NCBI RefSeq assembly: GCF_000400465.1
Contig: NW_008806274.1
Coordinates: forward strand, 750,244 to 782,243
Length of the DNA: 32,000 nucleotides
Source of the DNA: Wallemia ichthyophaga EXF-994
Taxonomy: Eukaryota > Fungi > Basidiomycota
Direction: 5' to 3'
Shown here: positions 29,957 to 32,000 of the stretch, one piece after another
Numbering within the stretch: position 1 is the stretch's first letter
Layout of the letters: each line of letters starts with the position of its first letter
Translations under genes and position numbers: made by a program
Notes under the pieces: generated by a model
Seen by the model: only the letters and a program-made list of their open reading frames with translations
Databases searched by the model: none
Told to the model about the DNA's origin: nothing

Positions 29957-30929
29957 ATGCGCGGTCTGGAACGAGAGAGAAGAGCGAGCGAGCAACGCAT
30001 GGCGCCAGCCGAGGCAGTCGATCCCGCTATGCCCGTCCACGAGGGCTACAAGAGCCAATGGGCGCGTTACCGCAACATATATCGTGGCGAGCTCGCGGAG
30101 TTTCTCGCGACATTGGTCCTCATAGTAATAGGCGCAGGTGTAAATTGCCAGTATACACTACAGAACAGCGGTGTCGCCCTTAGTGTTCCTCTCACCTGGG
30201 CGTTTGGTGTGGCTGGCGCAGTCTGGGTGAGTGGCGGCGTCAGCGGTGGGCATCTCAACCCAGTCATCACCATCTCTCTGGCACTCTTCCGCGGATTTCC
30301 TTGGAGGAAAGTCCCCACCTACGTTGTGGCGCAGGTTGTGGGATGTTTCACTGGTGCTTGCGTAGCATATGCCAACTACTACTATTCTGTAGATCAGTAT
30401 GAGCATGGCTTACGCACTATTCACGGTCACACCGCCACAGCTGGCCTATTCTTCACAATGCCCCAACCATATCTGCCCGCTTTCAACTGCTTTTTCGACG
30501 AATTCTTAGGCACCGCTGTGCTCGTTGGTATAGTCTTTGCCCTCTCTGATAGATCAAACCTCAGCCCTCCACATGGCACAATGCCTTTCGCGCTCTTTCT
30601 CACCATCTTTGGTTTGGGTGCTGCCCTAGGCGGTAACACAGCGGGTGGGTTTAATCCAGCGCGTGACTTGGGTCCTAGACTCATGTGTTGGCTTGTCGGA
30701 TATGGCGATGAAGTGTGGTCTTTCTTCGGTCAGTATTGGCTTTGGTGTGGTTGGCTTGCCCCGCTTAGTGGGGGTATCGCTGGGGCTTTAGTTTATGATG
30801 TCTTCATTTACTCTGGTACTGATTCACCGATTAACACGTGAGTCGGCAGTTGTCTCACTTCCACTCTCCCCATTCTCACACACCCACAGCAGCAAACACC
30901 CGGATACTCTCGAATCCAGCCACGCTTAG
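29957..30929 (+). CDS. Aquaglyceroporin (MIP family, GlpF/Fps1-like subfamily), ~306 aa (start may be the ATG at 29999)
   Basis: Exons 29957-30837 and 30890-30929; 52-nt intron. AEFLAT..IGAG, SGGHLNPV (loop B) and NPARDLGPR (loop E). The Asp after the second NPAR is diagnostic of glyceroporins. Confidence 0.95.
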
Positions 30930-31254
30930 ACTGTTGGCTGTTCAAAACGGAATTATGTTGCTTGCCAATACCACATTCATGCACAAATGCACATGCACAT
31001 ATCTTCACTATAAACTGCATTTATCAAAGAGTACGAGACAAGTGAGCTACGATGAGGGTATTTGTGTAGGTTATTAGAATATTCCGTTGGTACCAAGAAA
31101 AGTGAAAAAGAGTGATGAAACGAGGGGCTTTCTGAATTTCGTCTTTCGTCATTCGTTCTGAGGTGGGAGTGAGCGTGTCAAACCAACACCACAGAAACTC
31201 CCCACTCACACTAATATGCTGCTGCTGATTTCGTTGTCGTGATTATCGTATCAA

Positions 31255-31914
31255 TCAAAATCCAAATGTGTTCTCTCCTGAGTCTGGCGTGTGTGTGAGC
31301 TGCGTCTGTATTATACCCCACACTCCACTCACAAGTAACGTATAAGAAGCCGTCCTCATCTTTGTGCTCATTGTATATTGCACTCATTAGCGCTGCAGTT
31401 GGTGGAAGCTCTTCATTAACGAATATGAATATGGCCTGGTGTGGTAAGTTAGAAGATACACACACACACACCATTCTCACCTTCTCTGGTGCCAGCTTTA
31501 TTCTCTTTCTGATTACGTAGACGAATTGGCCGACGGTGAGGTCCTTTGAGGCTGCATGAGCTGTGCAAGCTTTTATACCACAACCAAACCCACAGAAGGT
31601 ACCAAATATTTTTTCTTATCGATTGTTGGAATGTCTGTTTTATCTCCTTTCTCGCAAATTACCTGGCGTCATCGTTGAGTCGAGCCGGGTGGATGAATGA
31701 GCGCAACACCCACAGGTATTCTGTCTGGATACTTGGATCTAATCCTCTCAGCTTCAGCTTTGCGTTTCTCTGGAGATGGTTAGTTGTGTAAGTGGTTGTG
31801 ATTGGTGGCTGCGTATGGTGGATGCGTACCAAATGGATGCTCGTCCTTGTAGCTTGTTAGCAGTAGCTCATATCACTCACATCACTCCCTCCTCACCTTG
31901 AATTTAGATCTCAT
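31255..31914 (-). CDS. ATG8: Autophagy ubiquitin-like protein Atg8, 117 aa
   Basis: Seven exons: 31914-31897, 31845-31830, 31769-31714, 31662-31594, 31543-31481, 31435-31333, 31283-31255. Product [84 protein letters not shown]; Gly116 is followed by one residue. Confidence 0.97.
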
Positions 31915-32000
31915 GACTGTGCGTTATCAACAAAGCGCGGCGTTGCGAAACGCCTTAGACAATTTATAATAAATACAAAAACTGTGAAATTCAAGTGAAA

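Noticed and set aside
3416-30929. Apparent clustering of stress genes (SKN7, photolyase, LEA-like, hydrophilin, aquaglyceroporin)
   Set aside because: They are scattered among unrelated housekeeping genes over 27 kb; no evidence of a functional cluster.
1-32000. rRNA, spliceosomal snRNA, telomeric repeats, CRISPR arrays, transposase/RT/integrase ORFs
   Set aside because: No matching signatures seen on either strand by eye; an Infernal/Rfam and repeat-library scan would be needed to exclude diverged ncRNAs or remnants.

Overview
Gene-dense fungal genomic DNA. The proteins are basidiomycete-type. The 32 introns I could build by hand are all 44-61 nt, and many intergenic gaps are under 130 nt. 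This fits a compact Wallemia-like genome, but the taxon is inferred, not shown. Recognisable genes, left to right: double-PHD MYST acetyltransferase (+), SKN7-type HSF/receiver transcription factor (-), RanBP2-type zinc-finger protein (-), long coiled-coil protein (+), class I CPD photolyase (-), mitochondrial release factor MRF1 (-), LEA/hydrophilin-like protein (-), CDT1 (-), Rho-GDI (+), tRNA-Asn(GTT) (-), SNU66/SART1 (-), ISU1 (-), Gemin2-like (-), ARG8 (+), an aquaglyceroporin (+) and ATG8 (-). Three small spliced genes are missing or incomplete in the ORF track: a 61-aa secreted prepropeptide, a ~74-aa hydrophilin and a 199-aa secreted protein. The most unusual part is the AT-richer ~19.8-23.4 kb island next to the tRNA. 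It holds a tandem pair of divergent multi-TM membrane-protein paralogs that align without gaps over ~90 aa. Each is interrupted by exactly one in-frame stop, and the TGA of one aligns with a Cys codon of the other. The island also contains a decayed LRR-like gene ending near a Helitron-like hairpin-CTRR signal. Other leads are an aquaglyceroporin with a W/G/G/R filter, a stop-blocked presequence-like extension of the photolyase, and an unresolved coding-like locus at 11.7-12.2 kb. All gene models and alignments were made by eye; no searches were run.
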